Of a stretch of DNA of 64,000 bases, positions 17,050-33,494 are shown piece by piece. The translations under genes were made by a program, and so were the position numbers. Origin of the DNA: Escherichia phage KEP2. How positions within the stretch are numbered: the stretch's first letter is position 1; every line of letters begins with the position of its first letter. The stretch lies in sequence record PP047752, one strand, 5' to 3'. The notes beneath the pieces are model-generated. The model was not told the origin of the DNA. It made no database searches and saw only the letters and a list, made by a program, of their open reading frames with translations.

Positions 17050-18402
17050 ATGTGGAATCCAATTGTTAATGTAGATATTACATTGAACACCGCAGGAACT
17101 ACAAGAGAAGGTTTTGGGCTACCACTATTTTTAGCTTCAACAGATAACTTTGAAGAAAGAGTCCGTGGTTACACTTCCTTAACTGAAGTTGCTGAAGATT
17201 TCGATGAAAATTCTGCTGCATATAAGGCTGCTAAACAACTTTGGAGTCAGACTCCTAAAGTAACTCAGCTTTATATTGGTAGACGTGCTATGCAGTACAC
17301 TGTATCAATTCCTGACTCTGTTACTGAAAGTACCGATTATTCTTTAACTGTAGCTGTTAGAGGTGGAGTTTCTCAACCATTCCAGTACACTTCACAGTCA
17401 GAAGATACTGCTGAGAAGGTGTTACAGCAGCTTAAAACACAGATTGAAGCAGAACCTTCTGTAAAAGACCTTGTTACTGTCAATGTAACTGGTACTGGTG
17501 GTTCAGCAACAATGGTAATCACCAAAGCTGGTGACAACGACTTCGTGAAGGTTACTACTACAGCACAAACAGTGTCAATTGCAAGTACAACTGCTGACAC
17601 AGCATCGACTGCTCTGGCAGCTATTGAAGCTTATTCAACTGACTGGTATTTCATTGCAGCAGAAGACAGAACTCAACAGTTCGTCTTAGCAATGGCTTCT
17701 GAGATTCAAGCTCGTAAGAAGATTTTCTTTACAGCTAACTCTGATGTAGCAGCACTGCAAGGTACAGAATTAGCCAGTGCAAATGATGTTCCAGCACAAC
17801 TTGCTAAGAATAAGTACACTCGTACAGTTTGCTTGTGGCATCACACAGCGGCAGAAGACTATCCAGAAATGGCATACATTGCTTATGGTGCTCCATATGA
17901 TGCAGGTTCAATTGCTTGGGGTAACGCACAGTTAACTGGCGTAGCTGCTTCTCTACAGCCATCTAATCAGAGACCTCTGACAAGTATTCAGAAGTCAGCT
18001 TTAGATGCACGTCACTGTAACTTTATTGACCTTGATGGTGGTGTTCCAGTGGTTCGTAGAGGAATTACTTCTGGTGGGGAATGGATTGATATCATCCGTG
18101 GTGTTGACTGGTTAGAATCAGACCTGAAAACTTCTCTGAGAGACTTGCTAATTAATCAGAAGGGTGGTAAGATTACTTATGATGATACTGGTATTACCCG
18201 TATTCGTCAAGTCATTGAAACCTCTCTACAAAGAGCAGTCAACAGAAACTTCCTGTCATCTTACACAGTTAATGTTCCTAAAGCCTCTCAAGTTGCTTTA
18301 GCAGACAAGAAAGCTCGTATCCTGAAAGATGTTACCTTCTCAGGTATCTTAGCAGGGGCTATCTTGGATGTTGACTTGAAAGGTACAGTGGCTTACGAAT
18401 AA
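17050..18402 (+). CDS. putative tail sheath protein (or major tail protein)
   Basis: 450 aa, followed by a 148-aa ORF, two small chaperone-like ORFs and the tape measure gene (myovirus-like order). Confidence 0.45.
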   Translation: MWNPIVNVDITLNTAGTTREGFGLPLFLASTDNFEERVRGYTSLTEVAEDFDENSAAYKAAKQLWSQTPKVTQLYIGRRAMQYTVSIPDSVTESTDYSLTVAVRGGVSQPFQYTSQSEDTAEKVLQQLKTQIEAEPSVKDLVTVNVTGTGGSATMVITKAGDNDFVKVTTTAQTVSIASTTADTASTALAAIEAYSTDWYFIAAEDRTQQFVLAMASEIQARKKIFFTANSDVAALQGTELASANDVPAQLAKNKYTRTVCLWHHTAAEDYPEMAYIAYGAPYDAGSIAWGNAQLTGVAASLQPSNQRPLTSIQKSALDARHCNFIDLDGGVPVVRRGITSGGEWIDIIRGVDWLESDLKTSLRDLLINQKGGKITYDDTGITRIRQVIETSLQRAVNRNFLSSYTVNVPKASQVALADKKARILKDVTFSGILAGAILDVDLKGTVAYE

Positions 18403-18417
18403 TAGAGGTAAATTGGA

Positions 18418-18864
18418 ATGGCTATGTATCAGCAATATTCCCCTAAAGACGTTGTGTGTAGCTGGAATGGTATTGCCATTGAAGGCTTTGCCCCAGACTC
18501 ATTCTTACGTCTACAGAGAACATCACCACTTGTGACACCAGTTGTAGGTGCAGGTGGTCAAGTTGCTCTGACAAGAAATGCAGACAAGACAGGTACTATT
18601 GAGATTGAGCTAATGCAGACTTCTCTCTCTAATCAGATGCTTTCTGCAATTCAAGCTAAACAAGACAATATGGAACTTGAAGAAGATATCTCTTCTAACT
18701 TCGTAATCTACGACCCATCAGGCTCTGTTCTGGCAACTGGTATTAATGCTTGGTTGCAGGAACTACCGCAGATTGAACTTGGTCGTGACCAGAACTCTAA
18801 GACTTGGATTTTTGGTTGTGAGAAGCTAGACTACACTTCTACAATTCCAGCGTCAAGTGTTTAA
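18418..18864 (+). CDS. putative tail tube protein
   Basis: 148-aa ORF after sheath candidate, followed by terminator. Confidence 0.45.
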   Translation: MAMYQQYSPKDVVCSWNGIAIEGFAPDSFLRLQRTSPLVTPVVGAGGQVALTRNADKTGTIEIELMQTSLSNQMLSAIQAKQDNMELEEDISSNFVIYDPSGSVLATGINAWLQELPQIELGRDQNSKTWIFGCEKLDYTSTIPASSV

Positions 18865-18876
18865 TAAATCCTATAA

Positions 18877-18910
18877 GGGGGAGACTTTAAAAGGTCTTCC
18901 CCTTTTTTTG
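18877..18910 (+). terminator. rho-independent terminator
   Basis: GGGGGAGAC…GGTCTTCCCC hairpin followed by TTTTTTT. Confidence 0.6.
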
Positions 18911-18938
18911 TTTCTTTTAAAAGTATTAAGGAATCACA

Positions 18939-19337
18939 ATGAAAACAGAAGCTAGAGTAATTAATGGTAAGAAAGTAAATATCGTTCTGCTTGGGGCAAG
19001 AGATGGTATTAAGATGTCTATGAAGTTGGGTAAAATTGTTGTTCCAACCTTTGCACAGATGCTGTCAAGTCTGACTGATAAAGATAAGAAAGAAGTTCCA
19101 ATGGTTCCATTTAAAGAACTTGTTGAGGCTTGTTTTGACAGAATTGAAGAAATTAACCTTGAAGAAATGGCTACCCTGCTATTTCAAGGGGCAACTGTCG
19201 ATGACTTCCCACTTAATATTGATACATACTTCCAAGCAAACTATGGCGAATTTATTGATTACTTAGCATTTGCGCTGGAGGCAAACTTCGGAAGTTTTTT
19301 CGAAGCAAGCATTTTCAAAAGCCTAACTTCTCAGTAA
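18939..19337 (+). CDS. tail assembly chaperone (upstream ORF)
   Basis: 132-aa ORF before tape measure; contains slippery site near 3' end. Confidence 0.5.
   Translation: MKTEARVINGKKVNIVLLGARDGIKMSMKLGKIVVPTFAQMLSSLTDKDKKEVPMVPFKELVEACFDRIEEINLEEMATLLFQGATVDDFPLNIDTYFQANYGEFIDYLAFALEANFGSFFEASIFKSLTSQ
19295..19301 (+). other. candidate -1 programmed ribosomal frameshift heptamer T_TTT_TTC
   Basis: X_XXY_YYZ in zero frame of 18939..19337; -1 frame is open from 19298 into ATG 19340 and through 19579. Confidence 0.5.
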
Positions 19338-19339
19338 AC

Positions 19340-19578
19340 ATGGGTAATACTCTACAGACACCACTAACTGATGCTGCTGTAGAGGCAACCTATGAAGAAG
19401 CAGACGAGATGAAATTTGTGCTTGCTATTTATGGTATGGAAGGGTGTAAAGAAACACTTGACCAACTCTTTGCTATGACATTCTCTGATTTATTATCATT
19501 GAGACAATTTCTTGAAATTCAGAGGTCGTATAAAGAGGAAATTGCTTACAACGAACTTAGAAGAGCAGGAAAAATGTA

Positions 19579-19579
<1 letters not shown>
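19340..19579 (+). CDS. tail assembly chaperone (downstream ORF, probably expressed as frameshift fusion)
   Basis: 79-aa ORF in -1 frame relative to 18939..19337. Confidence 0.45.
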
Positions 19580-24963
<5,384 letters not shown>

Positions 24964-24964
<1 letters not shown>

Positions 24965-26433
24965 TGGCAGGATTAACTACAACAGGATTACAAACTCTAA
25001 GATATCAGGAAATTTTTGATAATATCAAATCAAGACTTCTTAGAGATATTTCACCCAACCTTGACGTTTCTGAAGATAGCCAATTAGGACTCTTCCTAGC
25101 TTCAATTGCAAGGTCTTTAGCAGATACTCATGAGATTCTATCAGAAATCTACGATGGGGGTACAATTGATAAGGCTGAAGGCTTTAACCTTGATGATATC
25201 ACAGCTTTAAATGCGGTATACAGATATGTTGCTCAGGCAACAAGAGGCCAAGTTGAGTTTACTGGAACGACTGGTGCTACCATTCCTTCAACAACAAGAT
25301 TAAGAAGTACTGCCGGAAACATCTTTTACCCAGTTAATAATATTACCCTTACTCCATCATATTGTGTTGAAGCTATTCTTGAAGTTAACTCTTTACGAAC
25401 TGATGCAGATTATGTTATTATTATTGATAACGTCATTTTCTCATATAAACCAACCTCATCAGACACAATCACCACGCTTCTAACAAAATTATCAGAAGCT
25501 ATTAATGGTGGTATTGTAGCAAAAGCAGAAGTCATTAATGATGGAGCCGCACTAAGAGTCTATAAAGACGAGGGCGATATCATTGCAAGAACAAACCCTA
25601 TGGTTGTCACTGCAACAACGTTTCTGACCTTTACAAAAATTACAACTATTTCAGATGTAGTAGCTGAAGAGGTTGGTGCTACCCCTGCTTTGGCTGGTAC
25701 GCTTATTGAGATTGAGACAACTGTTGATGGTCTTGACAGTATTTATAACAGGTATGACTTAACAACTGGTAGAAACGAAGAAACTGACACAGAACTTAGA
25801 CAGAGATATTTAGAGTCCTTAGCAGTTACTGGTGTAGGGACTTTAGATGCAATTGTAGCTGCTGTTAAAAGAGTTCAAGGTGTCTCAGATGCTTCAGGTG
25901 TTGAGAATGATACTGAAGAGACAAGCTCAGAAGGTCTTCCACCAAAATCTTTTAAGATTGTTGTAGTTGGTGGTCAAAATGATAATGTTGCTCAAGCAAT
26001 CTGGGATACAAAACCTGCTGGTATTAGGGCTTATGGCTCAATTTTTGGTACAGCCCATGATTTAGGTGGTTTGGCACATAATATTTATTTTAGCAGACCA
26101 ACACCAAAATACGCATTTGTTAAAGTCTCTTACTCTTTATATGATGAAGAAAACTTGACAATCCCTGAAGAGGATATCAGAGACAGCATTGTACAAGGTA
26201 TTAATGCCTACGGAAGAACTCTTAAGGTTGGTAATGATGTTATTCCTAATAGAATCTATGGGTATATCTATGACGTAATTAAAGGTATTGAGATTAATGA
26301 GGTTAAAGTAGCCTTATCAAACAGCCAATCAGTTCCACCTAGTGATGGGCAGTATACTACAGCAAGAATTACTGTTGACGGTGACCAATATACTGTTTGG
26401 GAAAGCAGCCAGTATACTATCACTAAGGAGTAA
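24964..26433 (+). CDS. hypothetical baseplate protein (J-like size class)
   Basis: 489-aa ORF. Confidence 0.35.
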
Positions 26434-26435
26434 TA

Positions 26436-27290
26436 ATGTTTGAGAAGATTGATAGTGTTTATTACAAAACACTTGATGAAAGGACTGTAACACAGTTTAA
26501 AGATAAATTTATCTATACAAGTATCTTGAAAGCAATCACTGATGAATTACAAACTCTAGAGGATGTTTGCTGGCAGATGCACACGGAGAGAAATATCAGA
26601 ACGTCAGTAGGCCAACAACTTGATAATATTGGCTCACTGATTAAAGTTCCTAGACCTTTAGGTGCAGATGATGAAACATATAGGGCTATGCTTTATATTC
26701 AAATCTTCCTAAGACGCTCTGACACTACTCCAACATTCTTGCAAAAAGCAATTATGACACTATATGGTGCAACTTTCTCTCAGATTTTTGAGCATATTAC
26801 TCCTAAGACTGGTGGCATTGTTATCCGTATCAACACTAGAAAAAGCGTTCTAGATGCTGCATATACACTGTCAAAGATTTCTGCAACAACTACTGGTTCC
26901 GCTGTTATCTTAAGAGATGTTACTTTAAATGGAACCGCTTGGACACCTGTAGAGGTTGCTGATTCATCACTTGCTATTGTTGATGATAAAGAGAACTGGT
27001 TTGTAACTGATGCTAACAGAGGTCTTGTCACGAATAACACTGGTGGCTCTCTGGAGTCCAACTTAGTAGGTAGTCTTGCAGATGCTGGTGTTATTGATGG
27101 TTACTTTAGGGTTGACAGAACAGCAAACTCACAGAGTGATGATTATATGACTGTAGATAGGTCCAATAATAGTGGCTATTTCATCGTTGGTAAAGAAGCT
27201 ATTGCAGGTGGTGCATACGGAGTCATGGCTGAGGTTGCACAAATTGTCAAAGGCAGAAAAGATAAATCACAACAAGAAGGAAATTCCTAA
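26436..27290 (+). CDS. hypothetical baseplate/tail protein
   Basis: 284-aa ORF. Confidence 0.4.
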   Translation: MFEKIDSVYYKTLDERTVTQFKDKFIYTSILKAITDELQTLEDVCWQMHTERNIRTSVGQQLDNIGSLIKVPRPLGADDETYRAMLYIQIFLRRSDTTPTFLQKAIMTLYGATFSQIFEHITPKTGGIVIRINTRKSVLDAAYTLSKISATTTGSAVILRDVTLNGTAWTPVEVADSSLAIVDDKENWFVTDANRGLVTNNTGGSLESNLVGSLADAGVIDGYFRVDRTANSQSDDYMTVDRSNNSGYFIVGKEAIAGGAYGVMAEVAQIVKGRKDKSQQEGNS

Positions 27291-27592
27291 TGGCAGTTTT
27301 AAATTGGTCTACAAATGAGGTGGACACTGACGGTAATCAGTTAAAAGTCTTACCACCAACAGAAGTCCAAGAGACAGGTCTTTTAAAGGGTGAACCTATG
27401 GGTAGGCAATGGTTCAACTATATTATCAACTACCTACTGAATAAAGTAAACGGTACTGTTGGTGAAGTTCGCTCATATGCAACTCAGCAACCAGATTTAG
27501 TAGCCAATGGCTGGAAACTGATTAAGTCTGAGACAGGTACTGCAACAACAAGTACAAAGAACCTTTACACATATGAATATGTAGGAGCTTAA
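27290..27592 (+). CDS. hypothetical tail protein
   Basis: 100-aa ORF. Confidence 0.35.
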   Translation: MAVLNWSTNEVDTDGNQLKVLPPTEVQETGLLKGEPMGRQWFNYIINYLLNKVNGTVGEVRSYATQQPDLVANGWKLIKSETGTATTSTKNLYTYEYVGA

Positions 27593-27594
27593 TA

Positions 27595-28770
27595 ATGGCA
27601 GTCGGTGAAATTCAAATTAGTGCCTTGCCACAAGCGGCCTTACCAGTTGATTTAAGTGATATCTTCCATCTTAAGCAAGGTGTTGAGGATAAAAGATGTA
27701 CGCTTGAACAGTTGTTAGCACCTCACGCATCTTTGAGGAATAATCCTCATGGTGTAACCAAATCGCAAGTGGGTCTTGATAATGTTATTAACTCTCTTCA
27801 ATTAGTTGCAGCTAATAACTTGTCAGACATTGTGAATGTTGCTGAGGCAAGAGCAAATCTACAAATTATGTCGTCAGAGGAAGTGAATAACTTAATTCAA
27901 CAACATATTGACGACAAAAGTAACCCACACAATACGACGAAAGCACAGGTCGGTTTAAGTAATGTTCAGAACTGGACAACATCTAATCTGTACAATGAAG
28001 ATGCTGATAAGTATGCTACCGCGAGAGCAGTGAATAATTTATACAAAGCTATCCAAGCATCATATCCAGTAGGGACTATTCATCTATCTGTTAATTCTGC
28101 TAACCCAGCCACTTACTTGCTTTGTGGAGGTACTTGGGAGTTAGTTTCTAGAGGTAGAGCACTAGTTGGTTATGATACAAATTCTAGACCTGTTGGTTCA
28201 ACGTTTGGTTCTCAGACTGTAGTATTAACAAATAACAATTTACCAGCACATACTCACTCTATCTATCTAACAGGTGGTGGTCATACACACTCTGCAAGTG
28301 TATCTATCTCTAGTTTTGATTATGGTTCAAAGAGTACATCAACTTTTGACTATGGTACGAAGGCAACTAACAGTGCTGGTGCTCACACTCACACGTTTAG
28401 CGGCACGACAAGTAATGATGGTAACCATAACCATAGAGTACCACTGAGGGGTAATGATAGAAGTGGGTCAAATGCTATTACTGCATCTGCTTATGCTGGG
28501 ATTGATAATAATATGTATACTGATTTAGCAGGTGCTCACACCCATAGCTTCTCAGGCACAACTGCATCATCTGGTGCTCATAGTCATACTGTTGCAATTG
28601 GTGCTCATAGCCACACTGTTAATATTGGTTCACACAGTCATACGGGTACTGTTACTGTCTCTAACTCTGAACATACACACTCAGGAACATCCGGTTCTGT
28701 TGGTGGTGGTCAAGCTTTCAGTGTTGAGCAGCCATCTTTTGTCGTATATGTATGGCAGAGAACAGCTTAA
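27595..28770 (+). CDS. tail fibre protein with HxH repeats
   Basis: Repeated GAHTHTFSGTT / GAHSHTV motifs; C-terminus AFSV…W.RTA shared with 28817..31366. Confidence 0.65.
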   Translation: MAVGEIQISALPQAALPVDLSDIFHLKQGVEDKRCTLEQLLAPHASLRNNPHGVTKSQVGLDNVINSLQLVAANNLSDIVNVAEARANLQIMSSEEVNNLIQQHIDDKSNPHNTTKAQVGLSNVQNWTTSNLYNEDADKYATARAVNNLYKAIQASYPVGTIHLSVNSANPATYLLCGGTWELVSRGRALVGYDTNSRPVGSTFGSQTVVLTNNNLPAHTHSIYLTGGGHTHSASVSISSFDYGSKSTSTFDYGTKATNSAGAHTHTFSGTTSNDGNHNHRVPLRGNDRSGSNAITASAYAGIDNNMYTDLAGAHTHSFSGTTASSGAHSHTVAIGAHSHTVNIGSHSHTGTVTVSNSEHTHSGTSGSVGGGQAFSVEQPSFVVYVWQRTA

Positions 28771-28778
28771 TTTCTTTA

Positions 28779-28801
28779 CAGGGGCTTTGTAGCCCCTTTT
28801 A
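28779..28801 (+). terminator. rho-independent terminator
   Basis: AGGGGCT-TTGT-AGCCCCT followed by TTTT. Confidence 0.55.
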
Positions 28802-28816
28802 AGAGGAAAATTTATA

Positions 28817-31366
28817 ATGGCAGATTACAAGTTGAGTCAATTAAACTCAATCGACACAATTCGTTCAGAAGACCTATTGCACATCAGAGTTAAGAAAAGA
28901 CCTGAAATGTTGGGTGACGAAGACCGTAGAATGACCTATCAAGACTTCTTAGCTTCCTTCAAACTAGAAAGGTTTGTTCAGATTGCTGGGAGCACTATGA
29001 CGGGGGATTTAGGTATTGTCAAGTTACTTTACGGTGGAAAGGCTGTATTTGACCCTACAGACTCTTCTGAGATTACTATTGGGGATATTTTAAAGACTTT
29101 TAAAATTAACTCAAATGGTCTTAAACTCACTATCGCAGATGCTTCAAGGTCAGCAACTGTTTATCATACTTTGAATAAACCAAGTCCTAATGAACTTGGC
29201 ATGAGAACTAATGAAGAGAATGATGCAAGATATGCAAGGCTTGCTGTTACAAACACATTCTCTGGGACTCAGAACATTCAAGGTGATGCTAACTTACTTC
29301 GTCTTAGAAACCAGAATGCAAATAATGCGCAATATATTGAGGGTGTGAACTTAGATGGTTCAGCTAGATGGTGGGTTGGTATTGGTAGTAATGGCTCTGA
29401 TGAAGTAAAACTGTACAATAACAAATACAACTCAGCTTTGGCTATTGCAAGCAATATCTCTGTTAATAAGTCTTTAGCAATCACTGGACAAGTTCAACCT
29501 TCAGATTTCTCTAACTTAGACGCTAGATACTTTACTCAGACAGTCGCTAATCAGAGATTTGCACAGTTAGCTGGCAATAACACCTTTACAGGTGCTAACA
29601 CATTTAGGACTATGAGTGTTATTTCAAATGCTGCTGCCATCACACTGCAATGTGCATCAGCAAACGAATCCCTGTATCTACTTGCAAAAGATTATGAAGG
29701 TGGAAACTTATGGTATCTTGGTAAAGGTAGTTCAGGTGCTGGTGTAACTATCTACAACTATACCACTAACACCTCTTTGGTCTTAGATGCTGCTGGAGTA
29801 TCAGCAAATAAAAATGTCAGAATCACTGGTCAAGTTCAACCTTCAGATTGGGCTAACATTGACTCTAGATATATTCCGGCAGCAACATTAAGTACAATTG
29901 CAAGAACTAATGCAAGGAATACTTTTAATGGTGTACAGACAGTTGTTACGGATAATGAAGGTCTGATTGTTAAAAACTCTACTCAGAATAGACCATTATA
30001 TATTCGTGGTGTGGACACTACTAATGTATCAAGATGGTGGATTGGTGTTGGTGGTGCTGATACGAATGATGTTACCCTAAATAACAGTTATTCTGGAACC
30101 CAATTGGTTCTCGGGAATACAACATCATACATTAACAAAACATTGACTATTGCTGGACAAGTTCAACCTTCAGATTTTTCTAACTTAGATGCTAGATACT
30201 TTACGCAAAGTGCTAGTGATAGCAGATACCTAAGAATCAGAAGCACTAGCTTCAATGTGGGAAACACTGAGAAGTGGGCTAAAATTGCCACTGTTGTGAT
30301 GCCACAATCAGCATCCACTGCTGTTATTGAGGTATTTGGTGGGTCAGGTTTTAATATTAATACACCACAACAAGCAGGTAAATGTGAAATTGTTCTGCGA
30401 ACTTCAAATAACAATCCAAAGGGCTTAAATGTTGTTGCTTGGAGAACATCAGATAACACCATTGTCAGGGATATTGGTTATGTGAATACTTCTGGAGACA
30501 CCTATGATATTTACTATCTTGCTGGTACGTATCAAAACAGCACAACGACAAGGGTTCAGTCTTCTAGTAATGCAAGTGTACAGTTGTTTGAAGTCCCACA
30601 GACATTTGATGATGCTCCACAAGGTATTGTGAAGGGTACAATTGCAAAATACTACACAAGTTTGCAAAAACCAACCCCTTCAGATATTGGTGCATACACT
30701 AAAGCAGAGACTGACCAGAAGATTGCAGAAGCAATTAGTGACTCTACAGACCTGAATAAAATCTATCCAGTGGGTATTGTGACATGGTTTAACAGTAATG
30801 TTAACCCTAATACAGCACTTCCTGGTCTAACTTGGACGTACCTGAATAATGGTGTTGGTAGAACTATTAGAATTGCAGCAGCAAATGGTTCAGATGTTGC
30901 TACAACTGGTGGTTCAGATTCTGTAACGCTATCTGTTGGTAACTTACCTTCACACACGCATAGTTTCTCTGCTACTACTTCATCATTTGATTATGGTACT
31001 AAGACGACAAATACGACTGGCAACCATGCTCACGATAGAGGTAACATGGAAATTTCTGGTGTGGTTGGTTGGTTCAGAAGTGATAACAGTGCATTCTACA
31101 CTGCGAGCGGTGCGTTTCAGATGGGTAGTTCTCAGGCTTCACATGGCTTCACAGGCTCTAACTTCACTTACGGTGCTGCTGTTGATTTCCACGCGTCAAG
31201 AACTTGGACAGGTGTAACCAACACAACTGGTAACCACGCGCACAGCGTTGGTATTGGTGCTCACAGCCACACAGTTAGCGGTAACACAGGTGGCACTGGT
31301 TCTGGTTCAGCATTTAGTGTTACTAACCAGTTCTACAAGTTAATGGCTTGGGTGAGAACTGCTTAA
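28817..31366 (+). CDS. long tail fibre protein with HxH repeats and internal triplicated segment
   Basis: 849 aa; C-terminal HTHSF / GNHAHS / GAHSHTV motifs; three copies of ITGQVQPSDFSNLDARYFTQ-type segment. Confidence 0.65.
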   Translation: MADYKLSQLNSIDTIRSEDLLHIRVKKRPEMLGDEDRRMTYQDFLASFKLERFVQIAGSTMTGDLGIVKLLYGGKAVFDPTDSSEITIGDILKTFKINSNGLKLTIADASRSATVYHTLNKPSPNELGMRTNEENDARYARLAVTNTFSGTQNIQGDANLLRLRNQNANNAQYIEGVNLDGSARWWVGIGSNGSDEVKLYNNKYNSALAIASNISVNKSLAITGQVQPSDFSNLDARYFTQTVANQRFAQLAGNNTFTGANTFRTMSVISNAAAITLQCASANESLYLLAKDYEGGNLWYLGKGSSGAGVTIYNYTTNTSLVLDAAGVSANKNVRITGQVQPSDWANIDSRYIPAATLSTIARTNARNTFNGVQTVVTDNEGLIVKNSTQNRPLYIRGVDTTNVSRWWIGVGGADTNDVTLNNSYSGTQLVLGNTTSYINKTLTIAGQVQPSDFSNLDARYFTQSASDSRYLRIRSTSFNVGNTEKWAKIATVVMPQSASTAVIEVFGGSGFNINTPQQAGKCEIVLRTSNNNPKGLNVVAWRTSDNTIVRDIGYVNTSGDTYDIYYLAGTYQNSTTTRVQSSSNASVQLFEVPQTFDDAPQGIVKGTIAKYYTSLQKPTPSDIGAYTKAETDQKIAEAISDSTDLNKIYPVGIVTWFNSNVNPNTALPGLTWTYLNNGVGRTIRIAAANGSDVATTGGSDSVTLSVGNLPSHTHSFSATTSSFDYGTKTTNTTGNHAHDRGNMEISGVVGWFRSDNSAFYTASGAFQMGSSQASHGFTGSNFTYGAAVDFHASRTWTGVTNTTGNHAHSVGIGAHSHTVSGNTGGTGSGSAFSVTNQFYKLMAWVRTA
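29460..30240 (+). repeat. three in-frame copies of a ~330-340-bp repeat unit inside the fibre gene
   Basis: CACTGGACAAGTTCAACCTTCAGAT… recurs at about 29482, 29824 and 30151. Confidence 0.6.
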
Positions 31367-31387
31367 TCACTTGTTGACTGATTGTTA

Positions 31388-31416
31388 AGATGGTGTTAAT
31401 ATTCTTTATGGGTATT
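31388..31416 (+). promoter_or_regulatory. sigma70-like promoter (TTGACT-17-TAATAT)
   Basis: TTGACT 31388-31393, TAATAT 31411-31416; overlaps 9-bp inverted repeat AAGATGGTG/CACCATCTT. Confidence 0.45.
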
Positions 31417-31445
31417 CTCACCATCTTGGCTGATGAGGTGATTAA

Positions 31446-31643
31446 ATGCCTACAATCCTAGCAATTCTTCTAAAAAATCTAGGTAGCTTCTTCTGGAAAC
31501 TCATTTTATCCCTTCTAAGTGAATACATGATTGAGAAAGTGTTCTTTAAGCTTGCAAGATACCTTGCGAGTAAGACAGACACACCTATTGATGATGAGTT
31601 CGTAGATAACTTAGAAAAAGCTTTTAAGGGGGAGAATAAATGA
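31446..31643 (+). CDS. small hydrophobic protein (holin-like?)
   Basis: 65 aa, hydrophobic N-terminus. Confidence 0.35.
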   Translation: MPTILAILLKNLGSFFWKLILSLLSEYMIEKVFFKLARYLASKTDTPIDDEFVDNLEKAFKGENK

Positions 31644-32011
31644 AGTGGCTAGAGGAAGCTTTTAAAAATAATATTGGTGCAATTGTAGTTGGTATTTTTA
31701 GTGTTATTGGGATGTATACCACCATGCAAGTTTCGGATGGTAAGCAAGAAGTGTCTGTCACAACAAAGTTACAGCAGCTAGATAATTATATCAAATCTAA
31801 TTACTCAGCTATTCGTGATTTACAGTCTGACATGAGACTGATTCAGCTAGGGATGGAGAACCAGAAAGTTCAGTTAGAGAATGTTAAGGGTGAGAACGCA
31901 AAACTTACTAAAACTCTGGATAAATTCTCTGACAGTGTGAACAATCTGGCTCAATCAGTATCAGCCTTGCAAGCTATTACTGAAAAGAACACAAAGAATA
32001 CTGAAAAATAA
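31640..32011 (+). CDS. membrane-anchored coiled-coil protein
   Basis: 123 aa, TM segment (IGAIVVGIFSVIGMY) then heptad-rich region. Confidence 0.4.
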   Translation: MKWLEEAFKNNIGAIVVGIFSVIGMYTTMQVSDGKQEVSVTTKLQQLDNYIKSNYSAIRDLQSDMRLIQLGMENQKVQLENVKGENAKLTKTLDKFSDSVNNLAQSVSALQAITEKNTKNTEK

Positions 32012-32017
32012 AATTTA

Positions 32018-32046
32018 AGGCTCCTTTTTACGGGAGCCTTTTTTGT
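32018..32046. terminator. bidirectional rho-independent terminator between convergent modules
   Basis: AGGCTCC…GGAGCCT hairpin flanked by T-run on plus strand and A-run upstream. Confidence 0.65.
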
Positions 32047-32047
32047 T

Positions 32048-32947
32048 TTACTTGCCTACTGACAGAGGTGCTTCAATCTTACCTGCATGTTGGTAGTTAT
32101 TAATCCCACCAATAAAATCACTTGCTGTAAGATGTTTTAAGTCACTTAAAGTGTTAAGTGGGATACCAATCTCAAAAGTTGGTGCATGGAACTCTTCATT
32201 GTTCATCAGTTCATAAACCTGCTTCATATGGTTCTGATAAATCTGAGTATCCCCAAAGACACCTATCAAGTACCGTGGAGCGTATCCAGTCATCTTGCAA
32301 AGAACTTCCAGAATAAAACCATAAGAGGCAATATTAAACGGAAGTCCTAAAAAGGTGTCTACAGAACGCTGATACCATTGTAAGTCAACTTCACCCTCAT
32401 TAGTGATATAAATCTGAAACAGAACATGACAAGGTGCTAAAGCCATTGAGTTTGCTGCAATATCTGCTGCATTCCAAGCATTAACCAGCATGTAACGGTC
32501 TGTGATATCACCCTTCATCTTTGTTACTAATGTCTCTAGTTGGTCTACAACACAACCATTATGACCTTCAAAGTTTCTCCACTGAACCCCATAGATTCTC
32601 CCACCTGCATCATCTAACCAATCTTGTTCAGAAGAATAATTAGAGCTTAACCAACGTTTAAAATCATCTGACCAGATTGTCCAACGTTCTCCGTCATTTT
32701 CACCCCAAGTACGGTAACGAAGTTCACCAAGCTTATTCTCTCCATTCAGGAACCATAAAGCTTCCCCAATAACTTGCCGTGTAAACACCTGTTTAGATGT
32801 TAAAAGTGGGAAACCAGTTCGCATATCAAAACGAAACTGAGGTGGAGCAAATGCAGAGATAACATCTCCAGTTCGTGTAGTACGCAGTTCACCAACTGAT
32901 AAAACATGGTTCAGAATATTTTTGTAACTTGTATCTGCTTGTGACAT
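32048..32947 (-). CDS. thyA: thymidylate synthase
   Basis: APCHVLFQIY active-site Cys region and DTFLGLPFNIASY motif. Confidence 0.9.
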   Translation of the reverse strand: MSQADTSYKNILNHVLSVGELRTTRTGDVISAFAPPQFRFDMRTGFPLLTSKQVFTRQVIGEALWFLNGENKLGELRYRTWGENDGERWTIWSDDFKRWLSSNYSSEQDWLDDAGGRIYGVQWRNFEGHNGCVVDQLETLVTKMKGDITDRYMLVNAWNAADIAANSMALAPCHVLFQIYITNEGEVDLQWYQRSVDTFLGLPFNIASYGFILEVLCKMTGYAPRYLIGVFGDTQIYQNHMKQVYELMNNEEFHAPTFEIGIPLNTLSDLKHLTASDFIGGINNYQHAGKIEAPLSVGK

Positions 32948-32948
32948 A

Positions 32949-33494
32949 TCAAAAGTGCCCTTTTACTTGTGGTGTATAGATATCAAAAGTTGCTTTTCCA
33001 TCTGCTGATGGTCTTGACTGAATCTTAGCGAAAATTTTACGGTCATGCAACTTGTCAAAGAAGTTCTCAAAAGGTAGATACACAGTTGCCTCTTCAGTCA
33101 CTTCATGGAAAACTGTATGAAACACTACATCAGCATACGGTAAAGCACTGACAAGAATACCTGCACCACCAATTACGAAAACATCTTCTTCAATATTACT
33201 ATCAAGATACTTTAAAAATGCTCCAAAAGAGTCTTGATGAGCTTTAGCAAACATAACATCATCTTTACTAAAATCTATACCGTAATAAGGCACGGAGTTT
33301 GTTAAGATAAGGTTTTCACGTTCAGGTAAAGGGTTACTTCCCAGAGTCTTGAAAGTCTCATTACCCATTACTACTAAGTTGTCTTTAGTGAGTCTCTTAA
33401 ACTCTTGCATATCCTCTTTATGTCGAGGCCACGGCATACCAGTTGGAGTACCAAACTCCCCATTTTCACCACTTGCAAAGATTAATTTAATCAT
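32949..33494 (-). CDS. folA: dihydrofolate reductase
   Basis: N-terminal IFA…GMPW…MGNETF DHFR signature; adjacent to thyA. Confidence 0.85.
   Translation of the reverse strand: MIKLIFASGENGEFGTPTGMPWPRHKEDMQEFKRLTKDNLVVMGNETFKTLGSNPLPERENLILTNSVPYYGIDFSKDDVMFAKAHQDSFGAFLKYLDSNIEEDVFVIGGAGILVSALPYADVVFHTVFHEVTEEATVYLPFENFFDKLHDRKIFAKIQSRPSADGKATFDIYTPQVKGHF

Noticed and set aside
27595-31366. Possible CRISPR-like or tandem-repeat array suggested by recurring CACAC / HxH-coding DNA
   Set aside because: Repeats are in-frame coding repeats of the fibre proteins, with no regular repeat-spacer periodicity.
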